Positions 49,050 through 62,615 of a stretch of DNA of 64,000 nt are shown here, piece after piece (within the stretch, counting starts at the first letter, position 1; each line of letters begins with the position of its first letter). The position numbers and the translations under genes were made by a program. This stretch comes from Chiloscyllium plagiosum. Taxonomy: Eukaryota. The DNA lies in the NCBI RefSeq assembly GCF_004010195.1, contig NC_057756.1, positions 343,805 through 407,804 on the forward strand, written 5' to 3'. The notes under the pieces were generated by a model. It ran no database searches. It was not told the origin of the DNA and saw only the letters and a program-made list of their open reading frames with translations.

Positions 49050-50880
49050 TGATGACGTCAAACATGTGGCAATGAGAGACGACGATACTATTCAACTGCC
49101 TTAGAACGTAGCTGGGCAGATAGAATTTAGCATAGAGAATGAAAGGGGAAATCAGGAGGGCAAAATATGTTTGGCAGATAGTATCACCAAATGCATCTTG
49201 CCTTTTAATATGTATATGAAGAGTGAGAGGATTACCAGGGAAAGAGTATAGCCTCTCAGAGACCAAAGGAGCATTGAGCCACTGGATGTGGGTGAGGTCC
49301 TAAGTGATTATTTCTCACTTAGGAGAAAGCCATTGTAGTCAGGGATATCAGTTGTTGTTACGATAAGATTCTAGAACACCTTAAGATTAATAAGGAAGAG
49401 ATACTAAAGGTTTTAGAGGCACTACAGATGCATAAATCCTCAGAGTCTAACGGCATGTATTCCAGGCTGCCATGGGAGAACAAGTAGGTGATTGCTGGAG
49501 TCCTAATGGAGATTTTTTTTATACACAGCTGTCCACAGATGAAGTGCCATTTGACTGGAGATTAAATGACATGGTTCCTTTGTTCAAAAAGGTCAACACG
49601 GATAGGCTCAGGTAATTGCCAATCAGATAGTCTCTCATGAGTGACAGGAAATTATTGGTAACAAATCTGAATGACACTTTACTCAGGGTGGCATGGTGGC
49701 TCAGTGGTTAGCAGTGCAGCCTCACAGTGCCAGGGACCCGGGGTCAATTCCAGTCTCAGTTGACTGTCTGTGGAGTTTGCACATTCTCTCCATGTCTGTG
49801 TGGGTCTCCTCCCACAGTACAGGTTAGGTAAATTGGCTATACTAAATTGTCCATAGTGTTCAGGGACATGTAGTTAGGTGCACTAGTCAGGGGTAAATAT
49901 AGAGTTAAAGGGTAGGGGAATGTTTCTGGGTGTGTTGCCCTCGGAGGGTCAGTGTGGACATGTTGGGCCAAATGGCCTGTCTCCACACTGTAGGGTTTCT
50001 ATTCTATGATTACTTGCTATCTCTCAAGGCAGTGTTTGACCAAGGATAGTCAGCACATATTGTTTGAGGGAGTCACTGTCTGACTGATTTAATTGAATTC
50101 TTTTTGGAAAAGATACCATGATGAGAATAGTCCAATTGATATCAACATAGACTTCAGAAAGACTTTGAGAAGATCCTATGTGGAAGCCCATTCAAAAAGA
50201 TAAGAGCCCATGGGATCCAAGCCAAGTTGGCAAACTGGGTCAAAAACTGGTTTGCAAATAGGAGGCAAAGAGTGATAGTGGATTGTTGTTTCAGTATTTG
50301 GAGGCTTGTGGTCAGCGGGATACCACAGGGATCAGTGCTGGGACCATTGCTATATGTTTTGTACTTTAAGAACATGGATTTGATTCTAGAAGTTTCTATT
50401 AGTAAGTTTGCAGAAGACATGAAGATTAGTGCTGTTGATGATGATGAGAATGTTCTCAGGCTACAGTCTGATACTGACTAGCCAGTAAACTGGGCAGAGC
50501 AATGACAGGTGGAATTTAGTTTTGATAAGAGCATGGACATACATTCTGGGAGGTCTGATAAGGGAAGGTGAAATACAATGAATGATAGATTATTGGACGT
50601 ATTGTGGAATGAATATTTACAAGTCCATAGATCCCTGTAGGTGTCAGCACAGGCAGACAGGGTGGTGAAGAAGGCCTATGGAATGTGTGCCTTCATTAAC
50701 CAGGGTATAAAATATGGGAGCAACGAAGTCTTGCTACAACTTAATTGAGCATTGGCTTAGCCGCGGATGGAATACTGTGTGCAGTCTTGTCACCACACTA
50801 TTGGAAAGATATGATTGCATTGGATGAGACAGGAGATTCAGTAGGATGTTGCCTGGTATAAAAAGGCTCAGTTATGGAGA
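49050..50880 (+). mobile_element. Degraded CR1 ORF2 with an HE1 SINE insertion (about 49686-50010)
   Basis: RRQRVIVD..VVSGIPQGSVLGPLL..ISKFAEDMKI remnants. Confidence 0.8.
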
Positions 50881-51449
50881 TACTGTGAAATAAATCAACA
50901 GAGGGTGATCCCCCATCACCAAGTCATCCTTGGAAAGTCCTTGACATTTATCCAGCTCCCTCAGAGAAAACAGAACCCTTGACATTCCTACTTATACTAT
51001 TATCACATTTACGTTTGAAGAAACACTGACAATCTACTCCTTGTGCAAGGTTCACTGTCTTTATCTGTAGACCATTGTAATCAACTGAGCTGATCCATTA
51101 TAAGACTCTGGAGCAGTTGGGACCTGATCCCAGGTGTTCTAGCTCAGAGACAGGAACACATCACTGCACCACAAAGCTCTAACTACATTGGATGGGCTTT
51201 CCCTTCAAATCAATTCATGGTCAACATTTGACTTTTAATGTCAGTTTTTGAAAACAATGAATTAAAATTCCACTATGCATGTGGTGAGATTTAAATCTGG
51301 ACTGTCAGAACATTTTCTGGGCCCTGGGATTAATTGTTCATTGAGAAGACCACTGGAACATCGCCTCCCTATGCAGTGCAGTTTCTTCACCACCCTGAAG
51401 GCCATGGCTTGGCTCTGTGACCAACTTCAAGGCTGACCCTTTTTTAAGA

Positions 51450-54400
51450 GTTAGAACAGAAAACAGAAAACATTGAATAATACAACACAGTACAGGTCCT
51501 TTGGGCCTTGACGTTGTGCCAACTTTTTGTCCTACTGTAAGATCAAACTATCCTACGTTTTACCGTACATTTTACTATGGTCCATGTGCCTATCCAAGAG
51601 CAGCCTAAATGTCCCGAATGTCTCTGACTCTACTACCACTGCTGGCAGTGCATTCCGTGTAAAGAGCCTACCTCTGACATCTCCCCTAAACCTTCCTCCA
51701 ATCCCTTAAAATTATGCCCCTTCATGATAACCATTTCTTCCCTGGGAAAATGTCTCTGGCTATCCACTCTATCTCACCATCTTGGACACCTCTATCAAGT
51801 CGCCTCTCATCCTTCTTCGCTCTGATAAGAAAAGCCCTAGCTCCCTCAAACTTTCTTCATTATACATGCTCTCCAATCCAGGCAGCATCATGGTAAATCT
51901 CCTCTGCACCCTCGCTAAAGTTTCCACCTTATATCTATACTAAGTTTACCAGAACTGAACACAATATTCCAAATGTGGTCTAACCAGGGCTTTATAGAGC
52001 TGCAGCATAACCTCGCGGCTCTTAAACTCAATCCTCCTGCTAATGAAAGCCAACACACCATACACCTCCTTAACAATCATATCAACGTGGGTGGCATCTT
52101 TGAGGGATCTATGGATATGGACCCCAAGATCCCTCTGTTCCTCCACATTGCCAGGAATCCTGCCTTTAATCCTGCAATCTGAATTCAAGTTTGATCTTCC
52201 AAAGCGATTTGCTTCAAACTTTACTAGGTTGAACTCCATCTACCACTTCTTAGCCCAGCTCTGCATCCTGTCAATGTCCCGTTGAAATCTACAACAGCCC
52301 ACCGCACTATCAACACTCCACCAACCTTCATGTCATCGGCAAACTTACTAACCCACCCTTCCTCATCCAAGTCATTTGTAAAAGTCACAAAGAGTAGAGG
52401 TTCTCCAAGAACAGATCCCTGTGGAACACCACTGGTCACTAAACTCCAGTGAATTCTTTCCATCTACTACCACCCTCTGTCTTCTATGGAAACTTACTAA
52501 CCCACCCTTCCTCATCCAAGTCATTTGTAAAAGTCACAAAGAGTAGAGGTCCTCCAAGAACAGATCCCTGTGGAACATCACTGGTCACTAAACTCCAGTG
52601 AATTCTTTCCATCTACTACCACCCTCTGTTTTCTATGGGCCAGGCAATTCTGTATCCAGACAGCCAAATGTCCCTGTATCTCATGCCTCCTTATTTTCTG
52701 AATGAACCTACCATGGAGAGCCTTATCAGAAGCCTTACTAAACAGAGAGGACTGTTTTGTAATTCTCAGGGTTATCCCTATTCCTTTTCTTCAACAAGGG
52801 AATACCATTTGCCACCCTCCAATCATCTGGTACTACTCCAGCAAATTTTGAGGAATCAAAGATCATCACCAAAAGTGCAGCAATCTCTTCTCTCACTTCC
52901 TGTACTAACCTTTGGTATATCCTGTTTGGCCCAGGGCACTTATCTATTCATGTTTTTCAAAATTTCCAGCTTATCTTCCTTCTTAACATCAACCTTTTTG
53001 AGCATATCAGCCTGTTTTACATTGTCCTCACAAACGACAAGGTGCCTCTCACTAGTGAATACTGAAGCAAAGTATTCATTAAGGACCTTCCCTACCTTCT
53101 CTGACTCCAGGTACAGGTTCCTTCCACTATCACTGATCAGCCCTACCCTCACTCTGGATATCCTCCTGTTCCTCACATAAGTGCAGAAAATCTTGGGGTT
53201 TTCCTTAATTCTACCCCCCAAGGCTTTTTCATGTTTCCTTCCAGTTTTCCTAAGTCCATTCTTCAGTTCCTTCCTGGCTAACTTTTAACCATAGATCTTA
53301 GGTAACCTTCCTGCTTCCTCTTGACTAGATGTTCCATATTTATTGTCATCCAAGGTTCCTTCACCCTACCATCCCTTCCTTACCTCAATGGGACAAACCT
53401 GTCCAGCACTTGCAGCATGTGCTCCCTACACAACCTCCACACTTCTGTCATGCATTTTCCTGAGAATACCTACTCCCAATTCATGCTGCACATTCTTGCC
53501 TAATAGCATTGTAATTCTCCCTCTCCCATTTAAATACTTTCCCATACTGTCTGCTCCTATCTCTCTCCATGACTATAGTAAAAGTCAGGGAGTTGTGAGC
53601 ACTATCACTGAAACGCTCTTCCACTGAGAGATCTGACACCTGGCCTGGTTCGTTGCCAAGCACCAGTTCCAATATGGCCTCCCCTCTAGTTGGCCTATCT
53701 ACATATTGAGTCAGCAATCCATCTGGAACACACCTGACAAAATCTGCTCCATCCAAACGTTTTGCACTAAGGAGGTTCCAATCAATATTAGGGGAGTTGA
53801 AGTCACCCATGACAAAAACCCTTTCACTTATGCACCTTTTCAAAACCCGTCTCCCAATCTGCACCCCGTCTCTGTTGCTATTGGGGGTATATAGAAAATT
53901 CTCAATAAAGTGACTGCTCCTTTCCTGACTGTGACTTCCACTCATACTGACTGAGTAGACAACCCTTTTCTGCAGCTGTGATAGTATTCTCTTTTACCTC
54001 CCTCCCCATTCCTTTTGAAACATCTAAATCCCAAAACATCCAACAACCATCCCTGCCCCTGTGATATCCAATTCTCTGTAATGGCCACAACATCGTAGCT
54101 CCAAATACCAATATATGCTTAAGTTCATCATCCTTATTCCTAACACTTCTTGCATTAAAATAGACACACTTCAACCCATCACACTGACTGTAACTTTGCC
54201 CTATCAACTGTCTATTCATCCTCACAGATTCTCTACACACTGTATGTGCCTGTTTATCTGCTACCCTGTCCTTTGATCTGTAGCTCTGTTTCCCATTCCC
54301 CTGCCAAACTAGTTTAAATCCTCAAGAAGAGCTCTAGCAAATCTCCCGCTCAGGATAGAAGTGCCCCTCCAGTTCAGGTGCAACCCATCCTCCTTGTACA

Positions 54401-55340
54401 GGTCCCACCTTCCCCAGAAGGTATCGCAATGATCCACATAGCTGAAGCCCTCCCTCCTTCACTAGCACTGCAGCCACGTGTTCAGCTGCACTCGCACTCT
54501 GTTCCTAGCCTCACTAGCCTGTGGCACTGGTAGCAATCCTGACATTACTACGCTGCTTGTCCTGCCTTTTAGCTACCAACCTAACTCCCTATGTTCACTT
54601 TGCAGATCCTCATCCCTTTTCCTCGCTATGTCATTGGTAAAGTTGAGTTTGCAACTTTACTTCTGGCTGCTCTCCCTCCCCCTTAAGTCTGGATCTGAGA
54701 CATCCCTGACCCTGGCACCCGGGAGGCAACATACCATCCGGGAGTCTTGTTTGCGACTGCGAATCTCTTGTCTGTTCCTCTAACAATTTAATCGCTTGTC
54801 ACTATTGCTCTCCTATTCTCCTATTGGGGTGGCATGATGGCACAGTGGTTAGCACTGTTGCCTCAGCACCAGGGACCCAGGTTTGATTTCCACTTTGCGC
54901 GGCTGTCTGTGTGGAGTTTGCACATTCTCCCCGTGTCTGCGTGGGTGCACCGGTTTCCTCCTAAAGACCAAAGATGTGCAGGTCAGGTAAATCGGCCATG
55001 CTAAGTTGCCCATCTGGTTAGGTGCATTAGTTAAGGGTAAATATAGGTGTGGGTGGGTTCCTCTTCTGAGGGTTTGTGTGGACTTGTTGGACCAAAGGGA
55101 CTGTTTCCATACTGAAGGGAATCTAATCTATTCTCTCCCCTCCCCTTCCATTCTGAGCCACAGAGCCAGGCTCTGTACCAGAAACCCGGTTGCTGTGTCT
55201 TTCCCCAGTAGGTCATTCCCCCAACAATATCCAAAGTGGTATACACATTATTGAGGGGAATGGCCACAGGGGATCCCTGCTCTGTCTGCCTATTGCCTTT
55301 CTCTCTCCTGATAGTCACCCACCTACCTTTATCCTGTAAC
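51450..55340 (-). mobile_element. Long CR1 LINE (ORF1 esterase-like, APE endonuclease and RT remnants), with an HE1 SINE at about 54826-55127
   Basis: WVTIRR..IPLNNVY and RMVCCLPGARVRDVS (ORF1); LKCVYFNARSVRNK and MGDFNSPNIDW (endonuclease); [10 protein letters not shown] and SKFADD (RT); LYKALVRPHLEYCVQFW. Disrupted. Confidence 0.9.
52341..52638. repeat. 149 bp direct tandem duplication inside the CR1 RT
   Basis: 52341-52489 is repeated at 52490-52638 with about 3 substitutions. Confidence 0.9.
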
Positions 55341-56789
55341 AGTTGATGCAAATGTTGGACCCCCGAGTCGGGAGGGACCTGTGGATATCGGTAAAAACAT
55401 TTGCACGACTGGACTTTGAGTTTGCAACTTTATTGAACACTTATCTGCTCATATGTTACATATAAGTATGCTGCCCACTGCTGAGGAGGCACTGTACTGG
55501 CCACTCACTGCCTGATCCATCTGACATGGTTCTGTCACTTAATGTGGTGAGCAGGGCACACCACTTGACACTTAGATTGGTCTCTGGAAATTATGCCACC
55601 AAAGTTCTGAACTCACTGATATTTGTATAATCTTCAGCATGGCTGACCATGTCATCCAAATGTATCTGTTCATAATTGGCTAGATCTTGCATCAATGACC
55701 TGACATCGACCTGTTGGGCTGACTTCCATCATTACGTAGTTTTACTTTGGATGTATGAGTCAAGGCAAGGTGCTTCCCACTTTTCTCTCCTGCCTTTGTC
55801 AGCAGTCCTTGTAGTTAGTTATGTCAACAGTTCTTGTGGGGCCCCTTTTCTACCATCCTGTTGACTTGTTGCTTCATCACATGACTGGCCTAACGTATTT
55901 CACCCTCATGAGAGTAAATTTAATCTATTAAATATCAGATCATATAAATTCAAGGTATAAAAGTGAAAAGATAATTATACATCCTTCATTACAATTCAAC
56001 GCAAGTGACTTGTAATTACTGTATTCAGTAATTCAGTAAGTAAAACAACATTGGGTGAAAGTTAATACAATCATCAGATGACAAATATCACAATCACACA
56101 TAGCATTGTCAGCTTACGCAAACACCATCATTATAACGAACAAAATGTTATTAATCCTCTCCCATAGCTACTTTCTGATAGTTAAGATTGGAAGTTACTC
56201 CTTCCCATTTTTCAACTTTTCATTTTTAACAAACAGAATGGGATCATCACCGCAATAACTTCCACAATTTGCAGTGCAACAATCCCATGAGATATAATTC
56301 TAATCCACGGATGGACCTGAGTGTGCAGTCCCCATTTCCATATTTTATTCCAAAGGTTCAGAACCTGCAAAGCTCTACCAGCCTCTTCTGCATGAACTTT
56401 AATCTTTTTCTCAGGTATGGTCTATTTATGGATGATTTCTCTTGCCTCTCGAATGATCTCTGCCCATTCTGCAGCGAAATGCAGTATGGAGGAAGTTCTG
56501 TGACTGTACATGTCTCCTTAAATCCTTCTCAGTATCACGCAGGCGGACAGATGAGATTATATTCAGCTTCTTATTGGATTCTGGCTTGGTCAAAACTTGG
56601 TGACTAATAGTTAAGTCAGAAGAGATATTACTAATGGCTACCTTCTATCTATATAGGGTACACCAAGTCGGGCCCTTTTAGGATTCAGAGGCTGCCATGG
56701 TGACACAGTAAGTGTCTCCTACTAAGGCATATTTAAAGTAAGTTTGATGAATAGTTCTCATTGCAGGCAAATCCACACTGAGTTAGTCA

Positions 56790-57425
56790 TAGAAGATAAA
56801 ACATAGAACATCATAGCACAGTACAGGCCCTTTGGCCCTCGAAGTTGCACCGACCTGTGAAACCAATCTGATGTCCATCTAACCTACACTATTCTATTTT
56901 CATTCATATGCCTTTAAATACCCTTAAAGTTGATGAGTCTACAATTGTTGCAAGCAGGGCATTCCATGCCCCTACTACTCTCTGATTAAAGAAACTACAT
57001 CTGACATCTATCCTATATCTATCACCCTCTCAATTTAAAGCTAAGTCACCTTGTGCTGGCTATCACCATCCGAGGAAAAAGGCTTTCATTGTCCACCCTC
57101 GCCCTAATGAAAATGGCCTCAAGTCTCTCAGCCTTTCCTCATAAGACCTTCCCTCCATACCAGGCAACATGCTGGTAAACCTCCTCTGAACCCTTTCCAA
57201 AGCTTCCACATCCTTCCTATAATGTGGTGACCAGATCCGCATGCAATGCTCCAAGTGTACCTGCACCAGAATTTTGTACAGATGCAGCATGACCTCACGG
57301 CTCCGAAACGCAATCCCCTTACCAATAAAAGCCAATACACTGTATACCTTCTTAATAATGTTATCAACTTTCAGGGATCTATGCACGTGGACACCGAGAT
57401 TTCTCTGCTCATCTACACTTACCAT
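56790..57425 (-). mobile_element. CR1 LINE 3' fragment
   Basis: WSPHYRKDVEALERVQRRFTSMLPG. Confidence 0.9.
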
Positions 57426-57836
57426 TAGGCAAATGTGAGGACTGCAGATGCTGGAAACCAGAGTTTAGATCAGAGTGGTGCTGGAAAAGCACAGCAGGTC
57501 AGGCAGCATCTGAGGAGCAGGAAAATCGACATTTTGGGCAAATGCCCTTCATCAGGAATAGAGAGAGGAAGCCTCCAGGGTGGACAGATAAATGGGGGTG
57601 GCGGGGTTGGGGGTGGATGATGGGGCTGGGGAGAAGGTAGCAAAGGGTATAATAGGTGAATGGGTGTGGGGATGGAGGTGATAGGTCAGAGGGGAGGGTG
57701 GAGTGGGTAGGTGGAAAGGAAGATTGGCAGGTAGGACAGATCATAAAGACAGTGCTGAGCTTGAAGGTTAGAACTGAGGTAAGGTGAGGGGAGGGGAATG
57801 AGGAAACTGGTGAAGTCCACATTGATGCCGTGAGGT

Positions 57837-58132
57837 TGAAGTGTTCCGAGGTGGAAGATGAGGTATTCATTGAAGTGTTCCGAGGCGGAAGATGAGGTAT
57901 TCATTGAAGTGTTCTGAGGCAGAAGATGAGGTATTCATTGAAGTGTTCCGAGGCGGAAAATGAGGTATTCATTTAAGTGTTCTGAGGCAGAAGATGAGGC
58001 ATTCATTGAAGTGTTCCGAGGTGGAAGATGAGGTATTCGTTGAAGTGTTCCGAGGTGGAAGATGAGGTATTCGTTGAAGTGTTCTGAGGCAGAAGATGAG
58101 GCGTGCGTTGAACTGTTCCGAAGCAGAAGATG
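57837..58132. repeat. 34 bp minisatellite, about 8.7 copies
   Basis: Unit TGAAGTGTTCYGAGGYRGAAGATGAGGTATTCRT starts at 57837, 57871, 57905 and so on to 58109. Confidence 0.95.
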
Positions 58133-59854
58133 GTAAGGATGGCTGAGATGTATAGATAGTTTAAGTCAATTGGAAGAATTGATAATTGGCAGATTGTCAG
58201 ATGAAATATGCATTGGGTAAGTGTGAGTTTGTACATTTTGTCAGGAAGAATAGAAAGACTGAAATTACTTAACCTGGAGAAAGATTGTCGAAAGCTGTAG
58301 TGGAGAGAAGTTTCTTAGTCCCAGTGCATGCATCACAGAACATGTCATCTCGACTTAGCAGGCTAAGGCAACGTTGACCTTCATTACAAAGAAATGGATC
58401 GTAAAAAAGTAGGAAGTTGTTGCTAAAACTACATAAAGCATTCATCATTCCTGGTCCCTTTATCTAAGGAAAAATATGGAAGGCAGTCCAGACCAGTTTC
58501 CCTTAGTTGAATTCAGGTTATGGAGGGATTTTCTCATGAGGAAAGGTTGTGTGGATTTGACTTATAATCATTGACATTTAGGATATTGACAAGGATCTGG
58601 ATATCTATTGTCCGCCTCCACCGTATCTGCTCCCAGGAGGACCAGTTCCACCACAGAACACACCAGATGGCCTCCTTCTTTAGAGACTGCAATTTCCCTT
58701 CCCACGTGGTTAAAGATGCCCTCCAACGCATCTCTCGTCCACATCCTGCACCTCCGCCCTCAGACCCCACCCCTCCAACCGCAACAAGGACAGAACGCCC
58801 CTGGTGCTCACCTTCCACCCCACCAACCTTCGCATAAACCAAATCACCCGCCGACATTTCCNNNNNNNNNNNNNNNNNNNNNNNNNNNNNNNNNNNNNNN
58901 NNNNNNNNNNNNNNNNNNNNNNNNNNNNNNNNNNNNNNNNNNNNNNNNNNNNNNNNNNNNNNNNNNNNNNNNNNNNNNNNNNNNNNNNNNNNNNNNNNNN
59001 NNNNNNNNNNNNNNNNNNNNNNNNNNNNNNNNNNNNNNNNNNNNNNNNNNNNNNNNNNNNNNNNNNNNNNNNNNNNNNNNNNNNNNNNNNNNNNNNNNNN
59101 NNNNNNNNNNNNNNNNNNNNNNNNNNNNNNNNNNNNNNNNNNNNNNNNNNNNNNNNNNNNNNNNNNNNNNNNNNNNNNNNNNNNNNNNNNNNNNNNNNNN
59201 NNNNNNNNNNNNNNNNNNNNNNNNNNNNNNNNNNNNNNNNNNNNNNNNNNNNNNNNNNNNNNNNNNNNNNNNNNNNCTTTCTCCCCACCCCCACCCTCCT
59301 CTAGCTTATCTCTCCACGCTTCAGGCTCTCTGCCTTTATTCCTGATCAAGGGCTTTTGCCCGAACCATCGATTTCGCTGCTCCTTGGATGCTGCCTGAAC
59401 TGCTGTGCTCTTCCAGCACCACTAATCCAGAATCCAGTATCTATTGTCAAGTACATTAATTTGATAATAATGTCAAACAATAAAATCTAACATTAAGATT
59501 AGACTAGATTAGGTTGGATTTATTGTCACATGTATGATCGTAAAGTGAAAAGTGACGTTTTGAGAGTTATTTGCAAATAGTCATCACTCTCTGTGGCCAT
59601 CTTGGATCTAAAACTTATGTGTTGAAATGAATCTGACTTCTATGGGGTAAGTCAAGACCTGACTGTGGTGAAGTGGAATTGATGACTGAATAGCAGACTG
59701 TTGAAGTATAATGAGTGCTTCAGATGGTTGGAATGGTTTGGATACTCATCACGAGCATTGTAATGGAATGAAATCAAGGACATTCAAAGCCATAGCACAT
59801 GAATAAAGATGCAAGTATACAACAGAATTGAACAATAAAAGCATCTATAGGGTC

Positions 59855-62040
59855 AAAGAGTCATAAGGCACAGAAACAGATAATTCAATTGAACCAATCC
59901 ATGTCGAAGATGATCCCAAGCTAAAGTAGCCTCACTTACCTGTTTCTGGCGCATATCCTCCACAAGCTTTCCTATTCCTGTACATAGTTAGTGAAATGTC
60001 TTTGAAACACTTTAATTGTGCATATATTGTTACGATGTGGGGTAATTTAAAACCAGCAACACAGAAAAAGGTTTGTCCCATAGAGTAATCTGTGAAAATT
60101 CGAGAGGTCAAGAAGTGTTTAAAGTAAAATTTAACAACTTTATTTCTTAAAGTATAATAGAGTATAATTAACTAACAACCATTTACAACTCCTTCCTCTA
60201 ACCTATCTTTTACCATCCTTTCGATAATACTAGACCGATAAAACCCCCAATTAAAATCTACAAAGCAAAGCTTCTTATCTCAAAACCAGTTTTTCTCTGT
60301 ATTCCTGTTGTCTTTTTTTCTTCTCAGGGATTCTGCTTCACAGGTTACTGATCGATAAAGGTACCTTTAACAGAACTACTTATTGGGCAGTTTCTACATG
60401 CTGGTGGCTTGATAGTTCTCCTCCCAATTGTTCAATTTTCCCTGGTCTTGTAACCCCCCCCCGCCCCCACCAAAGCATTGGATAGTGTCAATGACTTTTA
60501 AGATTGTTAATATACAGATTTCAAACTTGATTGGAATTTGGTATTATCAGGGTATCATTTAAACTGATTGGCTGAATTCAAATTTGTTTTTGTCTCATAG
60601 CAAATCAGCCCGCCCTATTTGTTCTGAACCAAATGTTACATTGTAAATTCTCCAGCACTTGGTGTGCTTGCCAAGTCCTTCACTCTCTTAAGGGTACAGT
60701 ACACTTCTACACTTTCATAATAATATCCTCCACTTCCTCAGGAAATTCATACCATTTGCAAACAACACTCTGTGTAAAAAAAGATGTCCTGTGTTTTTTT
60801 AAAGTCTATCGGCTTTCATCTTAAAAATGTGTCCCCAGTCATGAAATCTCCCATCCTAGGGAAAAATAAACAACCATTAACTATATCTGTACTGCTCATT
60901 ACTTTATAAATTGTATAAGGTCATCTCTCAACTTCTTACACTCCAATGACTAAAGATTCAGTCTTTCCAGCCTTTCTTTATAACTCAAAACTTTCATATC
61001 CAGCAGCATCCTGGTAAATCTCTTCTGAAACCTCTCCAGCTGAAGAATATCCTTCCCATAACTGGGCGACTTGGAACAGTTCTCCAAACAAGGCCTCATC
61101 AATGCCCTGTATAACCTTAACGTGACTTCCCAACTCCAATATTCAAAGGACTGAACACTGAAGGCAAGCATTCCAAATTGCTTTTAATCATCCTGCCGAT
61201 ATGTGATGCAAACTTCAAAGAATTATGTACCTGAACCCTTAGATCCCACTGTTGTACATCCTACCTAAGGCCCTACTATTAGTTGTATAAGTCATATCTC
61301 TCTCTCTCTGTTGTACCAAAATGCAATACCTTGCATTTATCCAGATTGAACTCCATTTGCCTTCTTTCAGCCCTTAAACCCAATGGATCAAGATCCCTTT
61401 GTCATCTTAGAAAACCTTCTTCACTGTCTACTATGCCACCAACTTTGGCGTCATCCATAAACTTACTAACCATGCCTTCTTCATTCTCATCCAACCCACT
61501 TACATAAATGAGAAGCAAAAGAGGATCCAGAACTGCTTCATTTGGAATACCGCCTCCAGTCCGAGAAACTACCCTCCTCTACCACTGTCCATCTCCTGCC
61601 GTCAAGCCAATTACATTTCCAATTAGCAAGCTTATCCTGAATCCTTTCTGGCCTAACTTTATTGACTAATCTGCAATGTTGAGCATTGTCAAAGGTTTTT
61701 CCAAAGTCCAAGTAAAGAACGTTGATTGTTCTGCCCTCAACAATCTGTTTGGTAATTTCCTCAAAGAACTGAATGAAGTTTGCGAGACACGATTTTCCTC
61801 GTACAAAACCTCTGAATGTCTATAAATCCTCTCTTTTAAAATCACCCCCAACAATTGACCCCCAACTGAAGTTAGACTTACTGGTCTAAAGTTCCCTGGT
61901 TTCTCCTTACAACCCTTCTCAAACAGAAGTACATTATCAGCCAAGCTCTACTCCTGCCGCACCTTACCCACAGTTAGAAATGATGCAAATATTTCTGCAG
62001 TTTCTTCCTTTATTTCCCACAATCCTCTGGGATGCATGAG
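59855..62040 (-). mobile_element. CR1 LINE fragment interrupted by a solo LTR
   Basis: KPGNFRPVSLTSV and LERFQKRFTRML motifs. The CR1 tail resumes on both sides of 60028-60722. Confidence 0.85.
60028..60722 (-). mobile_element. Solo LTR (695 bp)
   Basis: Ends TGTTACGA...TCATAATA (imperfect inverted termini), 4 bp TSD ATAT at 60024-60027 and 60723-60726, and a - strand AATAAA at 60139-60144. Cleanly splits a CR1 tail. Confidence 0.75.
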
Positions 62041-62297
62041 ATCAGGGTAGACTGTTTACAGGTACGTCGAAACATCAAAATTATAAGCATATGATAGGAC
62101 ACATGAAGTGGAAAATGGGCTGGTAAAGAAAATTGGAAGGTATTGGCAAATAATTTGAAAAGCAGTCCCAAACAATCGTTCTGTAATGAAAATGCTGGGG
62201 GGGGGGTAGTAGGAAGAATTATAGATCCGTGTAGGGTGGAAGTGCATGATATATGTTAAGATCACTAAAGAATCGTGATGAATACTGCGCTCATACT

Positions 62298-62615
62298 TAG
62301 AACCCCTACAGTGTGGAAACAGCCGTTTGGCCCAGCAAGTGCACACTGACCCTCCAAAGAGTAACTCACCCAGACCCATTGTCCTACTACGTTACACTTA
62401 CCCCTGACTAATGCACCTCTCCTACACATCCCTGAAGACTGTGGGCAATTTTAGCATGGCCAATTCACCTAACCTGCACATCTTTGGATTGTGGGAGGAA
62501 ACTGGAGCACCTGGAGGAAATTCATGCAGACACAGGGAGAATGTGCAATCTCCACACATGCAGTTGCCCGAGACTGGAATCAAACCCAGGTCCCTGGCGC
62601 TGTGAGACAGCAACA
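62298..62615 (-). mobile_element. HE1-type SINE
   Basis: Reverse complement of the core and tail. The head is partly truncated. Confidence 0.85.

Noticed and set aside
50885..51007. Short TGTGA...TCACA bounded segment as a solo LTR
   Set aside because: Only about 120 bp and no matching TSD.
52635..53180. 181 aa + strand ORF
   Set aside because: Antisense to CR1 ORF2, with no recognisable domain.
57837..58132. CRISPR-like array
   Set aside because: Units are contiguous with no unique spacers, there are no cas genes, and the context is a vertebrate retroelement.
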